Positions 38,101 through 50,700 of a DNA stretch of 64,000 nucleotides are shown here, piece after piece. The stretch is from Welwitschia mirabilis (Eukaryota). Under the pieces are notes generated by a model that was not told the DNA's origin, did no database searches, and saw only the letters and a list, made by a program, of their open reading frames with translations. The stretch covers positions 3,138,870 to 3,202,869 of the forward strand of contig JBOZIK010000001.1 of NCBI GenBank assembly GCA_051453625.1, read 5' to 3'. The position numbers and the translations under genes were made by a program. The stretch's first letter is position 1; each line of letters begins with the position of its first letter.

Positions 38101-38933
38101 TCCATATTTTAATTAGAGAATAAAACTACAACTATTGTAATCCTATGTAGATATTTATTGTATATTGCTTACTTATAGGATTTAATATTGACCTTGGATT
38201 TATGCTCTGCATGAATGTTATCACATTGTTTTATAAAGGTCAAACTTTAGGTCACTCATGTATAATTAGCCTTATTATTAGAAATGATAATATTATAGTA
38301 CCTCACGTAAATTTAGTACAATCAAAGAAGCCTCAAAGTTTAATGAAAATGGACATGTGCTAGTTCAGCTAGGGGAGGGCATAGGTAGAAGGCCTATAAA
38401 GAGATAACTTCCTAGATCGAAACCTCAATGATTACATAGTTCTTCCTCTATGATCTGTGCCATGATAAAAATGGTTATGAAGACTAGTAGGAATTCAGTA
38501 TAGTTAAAAACACATAGAAATATAGCTAGTAAGAGGAAGGAACTAGCTAGTAGTTAGAAGACTATGGGGACTCCTACATGATCAAATTAAAATGATAAAT
38601 TATAGATAAGTAAGACTGTAACACCTAATAGCATAACTCATACAAGGTAGAGGAGTAAGAGGAATTATTTGCATCTAAGTCAGATGAGGAGCAAGAATTA
38701 GTTTAAGAGGAGGACAAGTCTCTAACATAGCAGCACCATCGTGAGTTAGATTATTTAGATGGTAAGCTACTTATCTTTTATATATCCTATGAAAAACTTG
38801 TTATTCACTATATTACATAGCCTTCTTTACCATTACCAACTCCATCACAACTGTCTATTCCCTTATCATCTTATTTTCCATTTCCACCACCATTATTACC
38901 TCCCATTCATGCTTTACCAAGTAGTTTTACTAT

Positions 38934-41900
38934 TGTCATGACTTGGTTTTTAGGTTGGACTTAAAAGGTAATAAAATTTTATTTTTTAATTAACTTTATT
39001 ACATTATAGCAAATCAATTTACGTGAAATGATTAAACATTGCAATAGATTAATTAGGTTACAATTAAGAGGATTACCTCTTAGTTACCCATAGGATTCAT
39101 GCCAAGTAAACTATGTGAGGATAGATCATCTGATTAATACTATAACCAACCTTAAGATTACTGAGAAACATTGATTTGGAGCACATCTAAGACATGTGTA
39201 GGTTATGGTTGAGTGATTGGTTACACCAATAGCTAAGCAACCATGCCTATGTAATCCTCATCTAGAAGAGTTTAGATCACACATAGTTTTATCTTAGATC
39301 TCATTCTAATCTTCACCAATATGCATGAGTGTAAGATAGATCAAAGTGGTTTGTATTAGTGACATGTTGAAATTCTAGGCAAAAGACAATGTAAGGAATA
39401 ATACAAGAACTCAACATTCAAACCCACATGAACAAATACTACACATGAATATATGTACATATGCATAATAACTATATGTAAAAGTATAGGATGCAGTTGA
39501 TCAAGAACTATCGAGGTTACAACATTCAACCCTAATAAGGAATTATAATGCATGAATGATAATAATACACATTTATATTAATATAAATCAGATATATGGG
39601 TATCTGAGTATGGATATATAGTGAACCCCTTGGTTACTTGGTCAAAATATCCATTAGTAATCCTCCATCATCAAGCATAAGAGACTGCCTCATACCTCAC
39701 TATAACATCTTGGTGGGAGCCAATGGGAGGGAATATCTTATAATAGAGTTGTCATTATAGTAAACTCAAGCAAAAATATGCTTAACACACACATGCATGT
39801 GCACACATACACACACGCCATTTCGATAAGGTACCTCTTAATTGCTCCTTTTATAACATATCATAATGAATTTAATAATATATAACCGTAAAATGCCAAA
39901 CAAAATAGCCTATATGCCACTGGTTAAGTTTCTAGTCTCAGTAGACTTAGATTAATAGAAGTCAAAGGCTAAAGGTCACTAATTAAATGCTTAGGATTTT
40001 TCAATGACCATTACAGAATAATCACTATTATTGTATTATTTTATGCATAAGATAACAAGTAACTATTTGGAATATTTAACTCATATTCATGAACATGTAA
40101 GAAAGTATATTTAAGGATACACACCTGGAAAGCGTTAAGATTACTAGAAGTAAACATGATCATTAGAGATTGTGCTAAACTTGCATCATTTTATAATTAT
40201 ACTATGCGTACTATAACTATATTAAATCATACTAAAAACAACATGAATGTTAGCCAATACATCCAACAATACCTAACATTCATTATAAGTTAATTACTAA
40301 GTGTAAGAATGCATTCTGTTGAAATAATTATAATAACATCTTTATCTAAGGAGTCAAACATGAGNNNNNNNNNNTAAACGTTTGTTTCATCATGAATCTA
40401 TTCCTAACATTAACCTATACTCAAAAATACATGTTTTCTCTTATGATATACATACATGTAATGTTGTATGTACGAAATAGCATAATATAAAATAATACAA
40501 TATTTATGCATATGAGATAACATAATATAAAATACTATTATGCATGTCATATAATGTAATTTAATATCTAAACAGTATAAATTATTATGATATATAATAT
40601 AATGTAATATAATAGAGTATAGTATAATATAATACAATAAAATTTAATATAATATTTAATTTATAGTAAAATATAAGTATTATGATATAATATAATATAA
40701 TATAATATAATATAACATACTATATTACATATATTTTAAATGTAGTATATTAATATAATATTAATGAAAAGAAACATAGCAAAAAGAGAAAAGTATATAA
40801 TAAAATAATGTGTATAGATAAAGAGAGTAGATAGATGTCTAAAATATATTAAGTAATAATAATGTAATAAGGAACATATATAGGAAAGGAGAAGATATAT
40901 ATATATATATATATACATAGTATAGAAAGTATAATAAATATATGAAGTAAATACAAATAATAAGATGAGAGTCAAATATTACATAAATAATAATAAGGTT
41001 TGCTTAATCTCTCTAAATATCTAGTGGTTTACATTTTTGCAATAAGACTACTTCCTTAAGCTATACGATGTAGTTCATACACAGGAGGTGCATCTAGTAA
41101 AATGATATTTATAGATTCTATAAGTGTGTTATTATTACCAAGGCTAAATAGGACACATTGATAACAATAGCATTCATTTAGAGACCATCTAAACTTTGAT
41201 AGCAAACAATCTCCCCCCTACTTTTCTTTTTCATAAGGAAACCAAGGTTTTAAAGAATTATCAAATGTATCTAAATAATATTAAGAATAGAAAATAAAGG
41301 GGGAAATAGAGAAAACCTGATCGCCTATCAAGAAACTTGATTCGAGTAATGCACTCCAAGAGTTGCTCCTTTCCCGTGTCATTCTGTGGGTGCACTAGAG
41401 TCTTTGCAATTTCCTCGAGTTGCTCCTTTTCCATGTCATTTTGTGGTGCACTCGAGTCTTTGCAATTTTCTCGTGAAGCGAAAAACTAACCATGGCCTGT
41501 AATAGCTCAATCACCTTCGAGATGGCATTTTCAAAAGCTTGCCATGATGAAGAATGACTCCATTTCTCAGATTTTTCTCGAAACGGGCATTGCATAGAAA
41601 TTTACAAGTGTATGCCCACGCTGATGCACACGCCATCTGAAAATTCTACAATGGAAATTTTTATGAAAATGTCATCTTCGCCATTCCTTTGCTTGTAGAC
41701 CATTTCTCGTGTGCCTTCTTCTAGGGTACAGAACAGTTGATTCTAATTTCTCCGTTGCCATAAAAACTGGTAAGAACTCTGATCTGGCTCATTTTGATTG
41801 CATATTCAATGAACTGTTTATCAGAAACACATCGTTTTCTTAGCTGAGAGATCGAACAATTTCTCGAGTATGGCGTTGTTGAACAGGTCCAGATCAGACA

Positions 41901-42742
41901 CCAGAAGTGCTTGATTCTCTGTCAAATCCTTGAAATACTTCTAGTCAAACTTGTTGGAGTGCGTTTATCCACCGGACGCTCTCCATCATCTTCATCTGCG
42001 TCATCGTCATCCACGTCCTCGTCTTCGTTTTCGTGGGCCGTTGAAAATGCAGAGAGATTTCCACAAGGACGAATGATACGCCTTCTTTTTTCCCCTTTTT
42101 TTCGCTGGCTTGAACTGAACCGCGATGAAATGGACTCTCTGAGGTTAAAAGCCGTAACGTTGTGGCTCAAGGTTGCAGACAACAGTAATCCAATTACAGA
42201 AATAAGCTTTCGTTTTTTGGGGGAGAGACGTTTCAGAGAAAGGACCCCCCACCACAACCCAGAGAATCACGTTGAATATATGCCCCAGCACACTTCTGCT
42301 TCCGCTGTGATCCTGTCATGAGAAATAAGAAGATTCAATATTTTGGAGTCGCCTCCCCATCCCTTGCTTTACTCACGGTTAATTTGCCTTGATATCATCG
42401 ATAATTCCTTGGAGTTTAGTCCCCCACGCGCTTGTGCAGAAGCAGTGAGAAGCACGAATGAGACATAGCCGTTGAAGAAACAGGCTTCGTAAAGGAGCTT
42501 GAGAGGCGCTGGAGCGCTTCTAAGATGGGCCTTCAACCTTCCCCTTCGCCATTTCTGGGTCTTGAGATATTTTTTAACAGAGTGTTCTTACAACATTGGC
42601 AGTGGGCTCCCCCTCCTCACCATGAAATGCATGCATATAGTCACCTAAGAAATAGCGTAGTGTTTCAATGGACATTGCAATATGTTTGGGTCATCACACA
42701 CCACACCGATGGCACACACTTCGAACTGGTGGGATATTACAC
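38934..42742 (-). mobile_element. Peroxidase-carrying non-autonomous LTR element, copy 2 (3' LTR plus internal region; PBS and 5' LTR absent)
   Basis: The LTR spans 38934-41208 (2275 bp, TGT...ACA) and is colinear with 17814-20753 and 22369-22929. PPT GTAGGGGGGAGAT is at about 41209-41221. The internal region aligns with 20754-22250 until similarity stops near 42742. Confidence 0.85.
41720..42520 (-). pseudogene. Class III peroxidase-like pseudogene inside the LTR element, copy 2
   Basis: Minus strand, across several frames, reads APAPLKLLYEACFFNGYVSFVLL, GIIDDIKAN*, RDSLGCGGGSF...TVVCNLEP, PVDKRTP / NKFD*KYFKDLTENQALLVSDLDLFNN and QFIEYAIKMSQIRVLTSFYGNGEIRINCSVP*. Confidence 0.85.
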
Positions 42743-43669
42743 TATACCTCAAAAGAAATATGGTAGCTAAAACTTTTATTCAACATCCCCCATAAAAATA
42801 ATAGTTTATTGTTATACCACTATAAGTTATGAGCTTATAAAATAGGGATTACTTAGTATTTGGATGTAGCATACTCTTTTAATAGAGTATTGTTTTTATT
42901 AAACCATGAGAATTTTTTTAATAGTTAAAGACAATGTTAAATTTTTTATCAATAATTCTTTTCGCTTAAAAGTACAGTTACCACGATCGCCCAAATAAAT
43001 AATTTAATTATGCCCAAGGTTTTATAGTATGTGAATCAGATAATCGAAACGTTGAAACCAATAACCTCTTAAATGGAAGACAGTGTCCCACTATTTGAAC
43101 TGCAATCTCATTAACCTAAATAAATAATTATTAATACCAATATAAACTGATAACATACAATTTCATCTATATATTCACTTTTGATTGTATTATTTGGTGA
43201 GTTACACTATTATGTGTTCACTAATGTAACATCTTATCTGTAAGAAGTAAACTTGAACTGTTTGCAAAGGTACATAACTGTTGACGTACATAAGCAACAT
43301 AGCATTATGCATTACGCCTGTGCACAGGGAAGGGTAAGAAAATCTACAACTGTAATCCAACAATGTGTAAAAAGGAAAATCCAACAACTAATCTGTAAAA
43401 CGTCATCTACAAAAACTTTTTATTGAAGCATGCAACGTGTCCTGAAATATTATTAACCAATAACAATGATTCAGATGTGAGATTCGATTTGTTTTCTGGT
43501 CCAAAAGTTTAGGAAATCGTCTTGTTTCCTTGCAATATTTTAGAAGTTTTTCAAATGTCTGATATTCACGAAAAAGCATAATATTTTCTTTGTGACCATA
43601 TGCATCAGAGTCACTTATGTATAGAATCCTTCAATCACAGAGAAAGCCACAACTGTGGAGTCATTGATC

Positions 43670-43835
43670 TTATTGTGTTTGCCATTGTTCTGGTGTGCAT
43701 GCCTTCTTTATTGAAAGAGCGTGAATATCTTTTAGCTCTTTAGAGAGTGCTGAATTCACCATGCGATGACGCTCCAAGAGTCTCTTTCCTTCAAACTTGG
43801 ACGATGCTATCTCAATCTCAAAGCTTGCTCCGCAT
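43670..43835 (-). CDS. BOLA2: BolA2 (cytosolic BolA-family Fe-S/glutaredoxin partner), exon 3
   Basis: ttttAG acceptor at 43837-43836. Translates (G)CGASFEIEIASSKFEGKRLLERHRMVNSALSKELKDIHALSIKKACTPEQWQTQ*, the conserved plant BolA2 core. Confidence 0.95.
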
Positions 43836-44102
43836 CTAAAATTTTTAAAAGAGCACATCACATTAGATATTAGTGTTGAAAGTAATAGTAGGCTTGGAAT
43901 ATTTTTGACTTTCACAATCTCATTCTTCCTAATATATTTTGTCTCAAAATTGAAAAAAATGGAGTATGCTGTGAATCCTTATATCAGTGAAGATGCCATA
44001 TATTAGAGAATATAACAAAACAGTGAGAAAACAATAACAGCAATGCATATAGTTGTCGAAACAACTGGATACAATAACCAAAATCAAAGTCCAGAATGGT
44101 AC

Positions 44103-44125
44103 CCTCCAGAAGTGTCTACGACATT
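44103..44125 (-). CDS. BOLA2: BolA2 exon 2 (23-nt micro-exon)
   Basis: tgcAG|AATGTCGTAGACACTTCTGGAGG|GTacc encodes NVVDTSG(G). Phases join exons 1 and 3 in frame and complete the DTSGGCG motif. Confidence 0.9.
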
Positions 44126-47100
44126 CTGCATCACATTAAAGTGGCAAGTTGTCAGAATATTGCATGACATCAACGATTTAAAGGAAATTTTAATGCTAAA
44201 AAAACATCTTGCATAGTTTCAAATTTAAAATCAATATATTCATGGATTAAAACATAGGTAAAGCTTCAAAAAGATGGTTTAAACTTAATTTTCAATAGGA
44301 CAGATCAGGACACACCACAGTCTGACAAGATATGCTTAAATATATTTGTTAATTATCAAAGAAATTGTTCAGTGTTCATTCAAAATTCAGAATTTAATCA
44401 TATTGCTGGAATCCACCACACTCATAACTGAAAAAGGAAAGAGAATGAAACTGCAACCTAAATAGCCCAGTAACTCTAACAGCCATGAGAGAGAATTTAA
44501 ATGGTTGGAGGCAGAAAATTGTCATCTTCAAGTCAAAATGACAAAATCTATTCAATACACATATAAAAAGGGAAAAAAGGGAAAGAAAAGATAAGGCTGT
44601 ACTTTTCAGCATAACAAAGTGGATAAAGGAACACACTTCCAATTCGAAGACAAGTCACTGTAATAAATTTAGGGGTATTAAAAAATAAACACCCATCTGG
44701 TTTTCCATGACCTATTCCTGCAGTGTCTTCTCTGTAATAATGAAGGCCACATGACTGATGCAGGGATATCCAGACCAACACATAAAGATGCTACTATGTT
44801 ACAAGTACCAGCTTTAGGTAAATATTTTGCAGTCTCATTGAACATGCAAGAATAATATAAAAGCTGAAATAAGAAAAATCATACAGCCCCTTCTTAGCCT
44901 ACATCCACGTGAACCACAAAATATACAACTCTTGCTAATCATTCAAACACAGAAGATTACACTCCAGACAAATGCAGGCTATGTCCTTAAATCCAACACT
45001 CACACAAATCGACAAATGCGTGCCATTTTTATCTAACATCCAAGAGAACATACAAGTATTGGTTGCCAGATCNNNNNNNNNNGTGTGCATCACTTGCACA
45101 CAGCAGAACACCTTGCACCAGATATGACACTGCCCTAACTAGTATACCTTCTGCCACATGAACAACATTCAAGAATACATGCAAGCATAACAAGATTCAA
45201 CAATACATGCAAACATGCAAGATACCCTGTAAGCATAAAATAACCAACTAGATGTGAGAACACCCTTATATAGGGGCTCTGAATTCAACATGAAACTCTT
45301 CTACTCACACATGCAACTAACAGAAGACAGATATGTGACACTTCACCATAGATTTAGAGCTGTATTCATAGTTGCAATTACTTGATAATGTACTTGTGAT
45401 TCCCCTTTCACGGTCATAATATGTGCATTACTGATGAGAAGAAAACTGCAATTACAATATTTGTAATATCACTATGCACATAATCCTAATGGCATGAGTT
45501 TTTGTATGACCTAATTGCTACAGCAATTAAAAGGAAAATAAAACAACAGAACAAACTTATTTCAGGCCTCTACCAAATGACATTCTTCACTAAGAACCTC
45601 TTTCCAATCTCCAAAAGAGGATTTTTTGAAGATTTTTCAAAGAATTTTGCAAGGTTTTTTGGAGAATATGAAGGTATGTCTCAGTTTCTGTGTCTTTTTG
45701 CAATTTTTTAGTGTGTTTATCATTTTTTGTAATGGGATGCTGGACTTCCTTTCCTAACTCTCTCCATGTGGTCACTAGCAAGCGATGAACTAATACCCAA
45801 TGTAAATGGACTACCAACAGCTACCCTCTGTTTACAACATTACATTATCTAAATAACATAATGTAAGAATTCCTAACACAAGATTTGGCTTCACATCTGA
45901 ACAAACCATCATTTGTATGGTTTCTTTTCCTCTTCTTTTATTTTTTCATCCCTTCTTTTTTTTTTTTTTTTTCGCCTTTTTCTTGTTTCCCCCTTTTGGG
46001 AAGAAGTTAATTCACGGGAAACTTGTACCTTGTTAGATTAATTGTCATTGATGTCAAATTATTATGAAAAATGCGAAGTATGATTGTTGCCAATTAGGCA
46101 AACTTGTTTCAGGTTCAAAGAATGGGCAAGACAACTCTGGAGGTTGCCAAGAATCCAGTGTTTGTTTCAATTAGTGATTTAAAAAGTGCAACATGTCTCC
46201 AAAGTTGGGCGACATGTAGCCGAAAAGACCTCCAAGGTTTAGGTCTTTTGCAGGGTGACATTTTTAGAATACCGGCAATATGTAGCCATGACTAAAAGTA
46301 TGTGACATGCTGCCACTTAAGGCATTCACATGATAGTTGGCTTCCCACTCATTTATGCACATCAGATATTTTTTTAATTGCATAATTTTAGTTCTTTTAA
46401 GCTTATACTATTTATAACTCTTATGAAATTAATAAATTCTCACATTTTTTTAAAAAAAGTATTTGCTGCTAGTTTGTACAAAGCCAACAAGACATCATGC
46501 CTCCTCGACACGACTTTTTCAAGCTGCTGAAATAAATCAATTGCTAACATTTACATCATTGGATCCAATCTTGTTTTCGTAGATTCAATATTCTTGTTTC
46601 TTGGCATTGTGTCTACTGAAGAGTTGTTATGCACGCAAATTATAAGTTTGTTTTAACAGCTTTAACTCGGGTCAATTGGATCCCACATACGGTGGATCAA
46701 ATTGTTTGCAGCTTGTACCAAAGCATTAGGTTGACTCGAATGCATGACCATTGGGTCAATCAGACTTGCCCAACAGTCAATTTTTAAATTGAAAATCTTG
46801 CTCATTTCAAATTTGAGGTGAGCTGTGGGTTTCTTGACTTCAAGAACTCATCTCTCTACTTCGCCAACTATTTTTTAAAGCAAACCTATTGATTCTGTCC
46901 CTTTTCAATGTAAAAGGGTTACTGACTTGCTACAGCTCTCTTCCAAGATCATTTTTTTTTTTTTTTTTTTGTATCATTCTGTTGAAAAGCTATTATTATT
47001 CTTACCTAATTTTTATCAGAACATCAAGGCTCCTCTGTGTACTTCCTAGAGTGAATTACAGCTTTGGGACTTAGCCTTCGAAAGTCCAATTGTAAGAGTT

Positions 47101-47223
47101 GGTAATGAAAATGTAAAAACTTTGGATTAGTGATAACAAAGATTCAGAATAGTTTGGGTTCTTGATTATCTTTCAAGAGTGGAGTAGGTTTTTACCCAAA
47201 GCACTATAAAATAATGTTCTTTT

Positions 47224-47559
47224 TGTTGGAAAGTGAAGCCAAATCTGTCTTGTTTATATTGTACTGTTATGTTTTAATATTGACCCCTTCTTGTAATATT
47301 GTAAAAGGAGGTTATGTTTAAATAAAAGGAAAAGGGGAGGAAGTTTCTAGACTATCTTGGCTTGAAACCCTAAACCTATTTAAAGGTTGCTTGGGGGTTT
47401 GTTTTGTATTGTGATTCCTTTTTCTCCTTGAATAAGATTAAGAGCTCTGCCTGCTTCCCATGGTTTTCCCCGCAAGGGTTTTCCACGTAAATCTGTGTGC
47501 TGATCTTGTGCTCCTTGTTTTATTTCTTTAGCATAGATTTCCAGTAAAGATTCGTAACA
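47224..47559 (+). mobile_element. Copia solo-LTR (336 bp) with perfect 5-bp TSD in BolA2 intron 1
   Basis: TGTTGG...TAACA termini with CTTTT on both sides (47219-47223 and 47560-47564). Internal TATTTAAA and the copia-LTR-type motif GGTTTTCCCnnnAAGGGTTTTCCACGTAAA are present. Confidence 0.88.
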
Positions 47560-47564
47560 CTTTT

Positions 47565-47734
47565 GTCTTTTTAACTATTGTGCTCATTTGTGGATGTCTA
47601 TCAGTTGCATAGATATGTAAACTCTTAGCATAAAAAATTAATTTTATTATAATAAATAATTAATATTTTTAAGAAAGTGAGATGAATTCAACAAAACTTA
47701 TTCACCCCTCCTCTGAGATTATCTCAATCCAACA
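47565..47734 (+). mobile_element. 3' end of an older SIRE-like LTR remnant that hosts the solo-LTR
   Basis: Ends ATTCACCCCTCCTCT...CCAACA, typical of SIRE LTR 3' termini. The 5' boundary could not be determined. Confidence 0.45.
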
Positions 47735-47799
47735 TACTTCACTGCCAATATCACTGGTTTGCATGGTCCAATGAAAACCCATGGATGCTCACTGTCAAC

Positions 47800-50700
47800 C
47801 AGGAAGATGGCCACCAAATGTCTAAGTCTCACATGTGATTTATATCCAAGATGTTGTAACTCGCGCCAGGTGCAGCTTCAATACATGAGTAGAACCACAA
47901 GCTAGCTCACACACCCTAAAACTCAAACCAAAAACATTGAAGCTCTAACCTTACAAACATGAGTTGAACCAACATGTTATGCATTGGACTTCATTCTAAT
48001 CAAATTTTCTAAAATACAAGAGATGCCATCAAGTTTCTTATTGGAGATTTTGAGGGTAAGATAAGGAATAAGTCTATAGAGAAAAAATTGGTACTCACAA
48101 TCAATGTATAATTGAGCTTCATTTTCTTTATGTGAAATATTGTGCTTTCTCTAGTTGGTAACGGATTAGACCTTCTATTCTTACATTTCCAATCTTTGAA
48201 TTAGTGCTACTTCACAATTCCAATTATATATCTCAAAAAGTCTAGAGGATTTCTTTCTCTATACCTACTACTAAAGTTGATAAGTAATCAATCAAAACTA
48301 CATTTCTAAATCTAATGTAATTGTTATTTCCTTAATCATTGTCATCATCTAAGTTTTATCTTTTCTATAAAAAGATAGGTTTATTGGTAGCCCATTTTCA
48401 CTCACTTCTCTCAAGGGCCAGAGGACATCATATCTTATTACATCCCTCCTAACTCCTTCACTTCACATTTTGTTGTTCTTCCTCTTTTCTGTATGCACTA
48501 CCTTTGAACTAATGCGATGCTCCTACTTGTTCTTTTCTTTGTCATCATCACCAACCAAGCCCTATAGCCTCTACTTATAAGGAATTAGCTTTATGAATAT
48601 TCTGTTTTCACTCATTTCTCTCAAGGGTCAAAGGACATCATATCTTGTTACATCACTACTAGCTACTTCACTCCATGTTTTCTTGAACCTCCTCTTCTTT
48701 ATATGCCTTGAATTAAAACAAATGCAACACTCCTGTCAGGTGATACATGTAGTTGAAATAGCATATGCCCAAAATAGCTCAATCATTTTCTCCTACTAAG
48801 ACTATCCTTTGGCTTCCTCTAATAAACTCATTTGTAGTATTATGTTTTCTTGGTCGACAAGACGCCCATCCAAGCATATCCATCTTTGTTGAATGTACCT
48901 TTCTTTTTTCTTTGGCAATTAATTCATGGCAATCTATATCACACTTGCTAACCGGTTTCCTTGATTAGATACAAATAGATGGGTGGCATTTGTTGCCCTA
49001 GAAGTTGGTCACCAAATGTTGAGGTCTTAGTCATGACTCGCATCCAAGAAGTTGAAGCCTATGTCAAGTATCCCTTGAATACATGGGCAAAACCACAATC
49101 CAACTAGCATTGCATAGGACTTGAAGCCAATGTGTTGAAAGCTCACAACTTATAGACATGTATCAAACAACTACAACTACACTATGTACAAGGCTCATCA
49201 AATGCCCCATCTAGTCTTGTATATTTTTATTAACCAAAGATTAATTTATGTAACATTGTAAATCTCAATTGTTTCATCAAATTATCTCTTACATTCAGTA
49301 AGTCTCCTTTATCAAACAATGCCCTCTAATATAGCTCCACTTTCCCTATCTAATGTAGCATTAAATTTATGCTAATGTTTCAGCACCCTATTGGATATAG
49401 TGAGACTTACCATGTTGGATTTCACTTCAACAAAAGCATCCTTCCTATGTGTTTGCTCACTACAGTTTCTTTCCATATATTCCCTCTTGGTTCTATGCTA
49501 TTTTATCCCTTCAATAATAAAGCCTTCACTCATAATCCTAATTTTATCTTTCACCCTTCTTGAATCACATTGTTGGGTGCGAAATCTTATGATAGATATC
49601 CAATGTCAACTTGTCCATCAAGCCATCACACTTGGGTGGAGGGAGAAGCGCCTAGCCAGGCTTTATGGTCAGGTGAGCCAGATATAGGCCTAGGTATGGT
49701 ATGGCCATGTGTCGCTCGTGTGTGGCATGCCGCCCCTCTATTAGGAGAGGAATGAATGGGCTTCATGAGCTCTTGCCAAGCAGCTATATATGAATGGGGG
49801 AGGGGTGAGCATTTGGGTTGTGCTTTTATGTGCAAATAGTTGTGGACTTGATAAGGCTAATGTATATCTTTCACCGCTAGGAACATTTCACTCTTGAAAG
49901 GAAATGCTAATACTAATCATCATGCTTTCATGTACATCTTGAATTTATACCAATATTCCTACTTGAAATGCTTTTCCTACATGATACCTTCTTAGATTAA
50001 ATCTCTCACAATTCTCTTAAACATCCCCTCTAAGTCCATACAACCTCTGTGCCACTTGTTTCTACTTTGTCTATACTTCTTAGTTAATTGCAATAGACAA
50101 AGACTAGTGCTAATTCAACAATTGATTTCCCTATCATGAACCTAGATCAATCTTTAAACATCACTTTGCTTCTTTTACACATTTCTCCAATACTCGTTCC
50201 TAAAGTTTCGTGAATGAATCATGAATTTTCTTTCTTGAAAATTGACAGCTTTTGGATCTCTCCATTTTATTATATAGATACCATGATATGAATCCCAGAT
50301 GAGACCTGGACATTTGGGAGCTAGATCCTAGATCAGCAAAGGCAACCCATTGATTTTCATCCAACCAAGCAAATCGATGGCCCTTGTGAGTGTAGTATAG
50401 TTTTCCATGAATTAACTCCTAGGGGAAAAATTTCATAATGGTTAATGGTATATTTTCCTGTGAATATACATTGTCTCTAATATGAATCTCTAAACATCTA
50501 TATGCCCTACCGATTTCCCCAACAATGAAGGAATTTCTTAGAGCCATCAAGCACGTGAAAATAACCAAATTGGAAGTCAATTCCCGCACCCTAACAGAGA
50601 AAGATCCTTAAAAATAGATAATGAAGCTCCTTGTATCTTGAACATCTACACAGAAGATGAAATGGCAACCTCAAGCTACATCAAAAGGAGTCCTTGCACT

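Larger units (their letters stand above)
26625..38933 (+). mobile_element. SIRE/Maximus-like Ty1/copia retrotransposon, decayed, with nested insertions and missing 3' LTR
   Basis: The 5' LTR (about 26625-28053) starts TGTTGA...TTTTGATGAT, contains repeated AGACATCTA/AGATGTCTA motifs and ends near CCCCTCTAAG. A deaminated PBS TAATATCAGAGT is at 28055-28066. Gag reads IFDGSNYAY*KIRM to KEIWNVLKEMY (28110-28440) and resumes near 32185. Also present: protease-adjacent VTFDDNIKASIRGIG...GLQHNLISIS (33704), integrase MVRTMM...FWVKAINIACYVSNRV...TPYELW (34525), RT at about 35280-36200 and RNase H DWVGCKIDRRSTS at about 36290-36720. Confidence 0.85.

Noticed and set aside
41911-42321. 136-aa plus-strand ORF (also 21234-21596) as independent genes
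   Set aside because: These are antisense shadows of the minus-strand peroxidase-like cargo. The Ser runs mirror the acidic GAT/GAC tract.
42313-42376. GTGAGT...ACAG 64-nt intron-like segment in the peroxidase cargo as evidence of DNA-level capture
   Set aside because: It is not at a canonical class III peroxidase intron position, and removing it does not restore a clean frame. It cannot be resolved without the parent gene.
43836-43915. N-terminal part (MKVKNIPSLLLL...) of ORF 43670-43915
   Set aside because: This is intron 2 of BolA2. The real N-terminus comes from the exons at 52685-52623 and 44125-44103.
45431-45446. CTGATGAG...GAAA as a hammerhead ribozyme (retrozyme) core
   Set aside because: There is no stem II or flanking helices and only a single occurrence, so it is likely chance.
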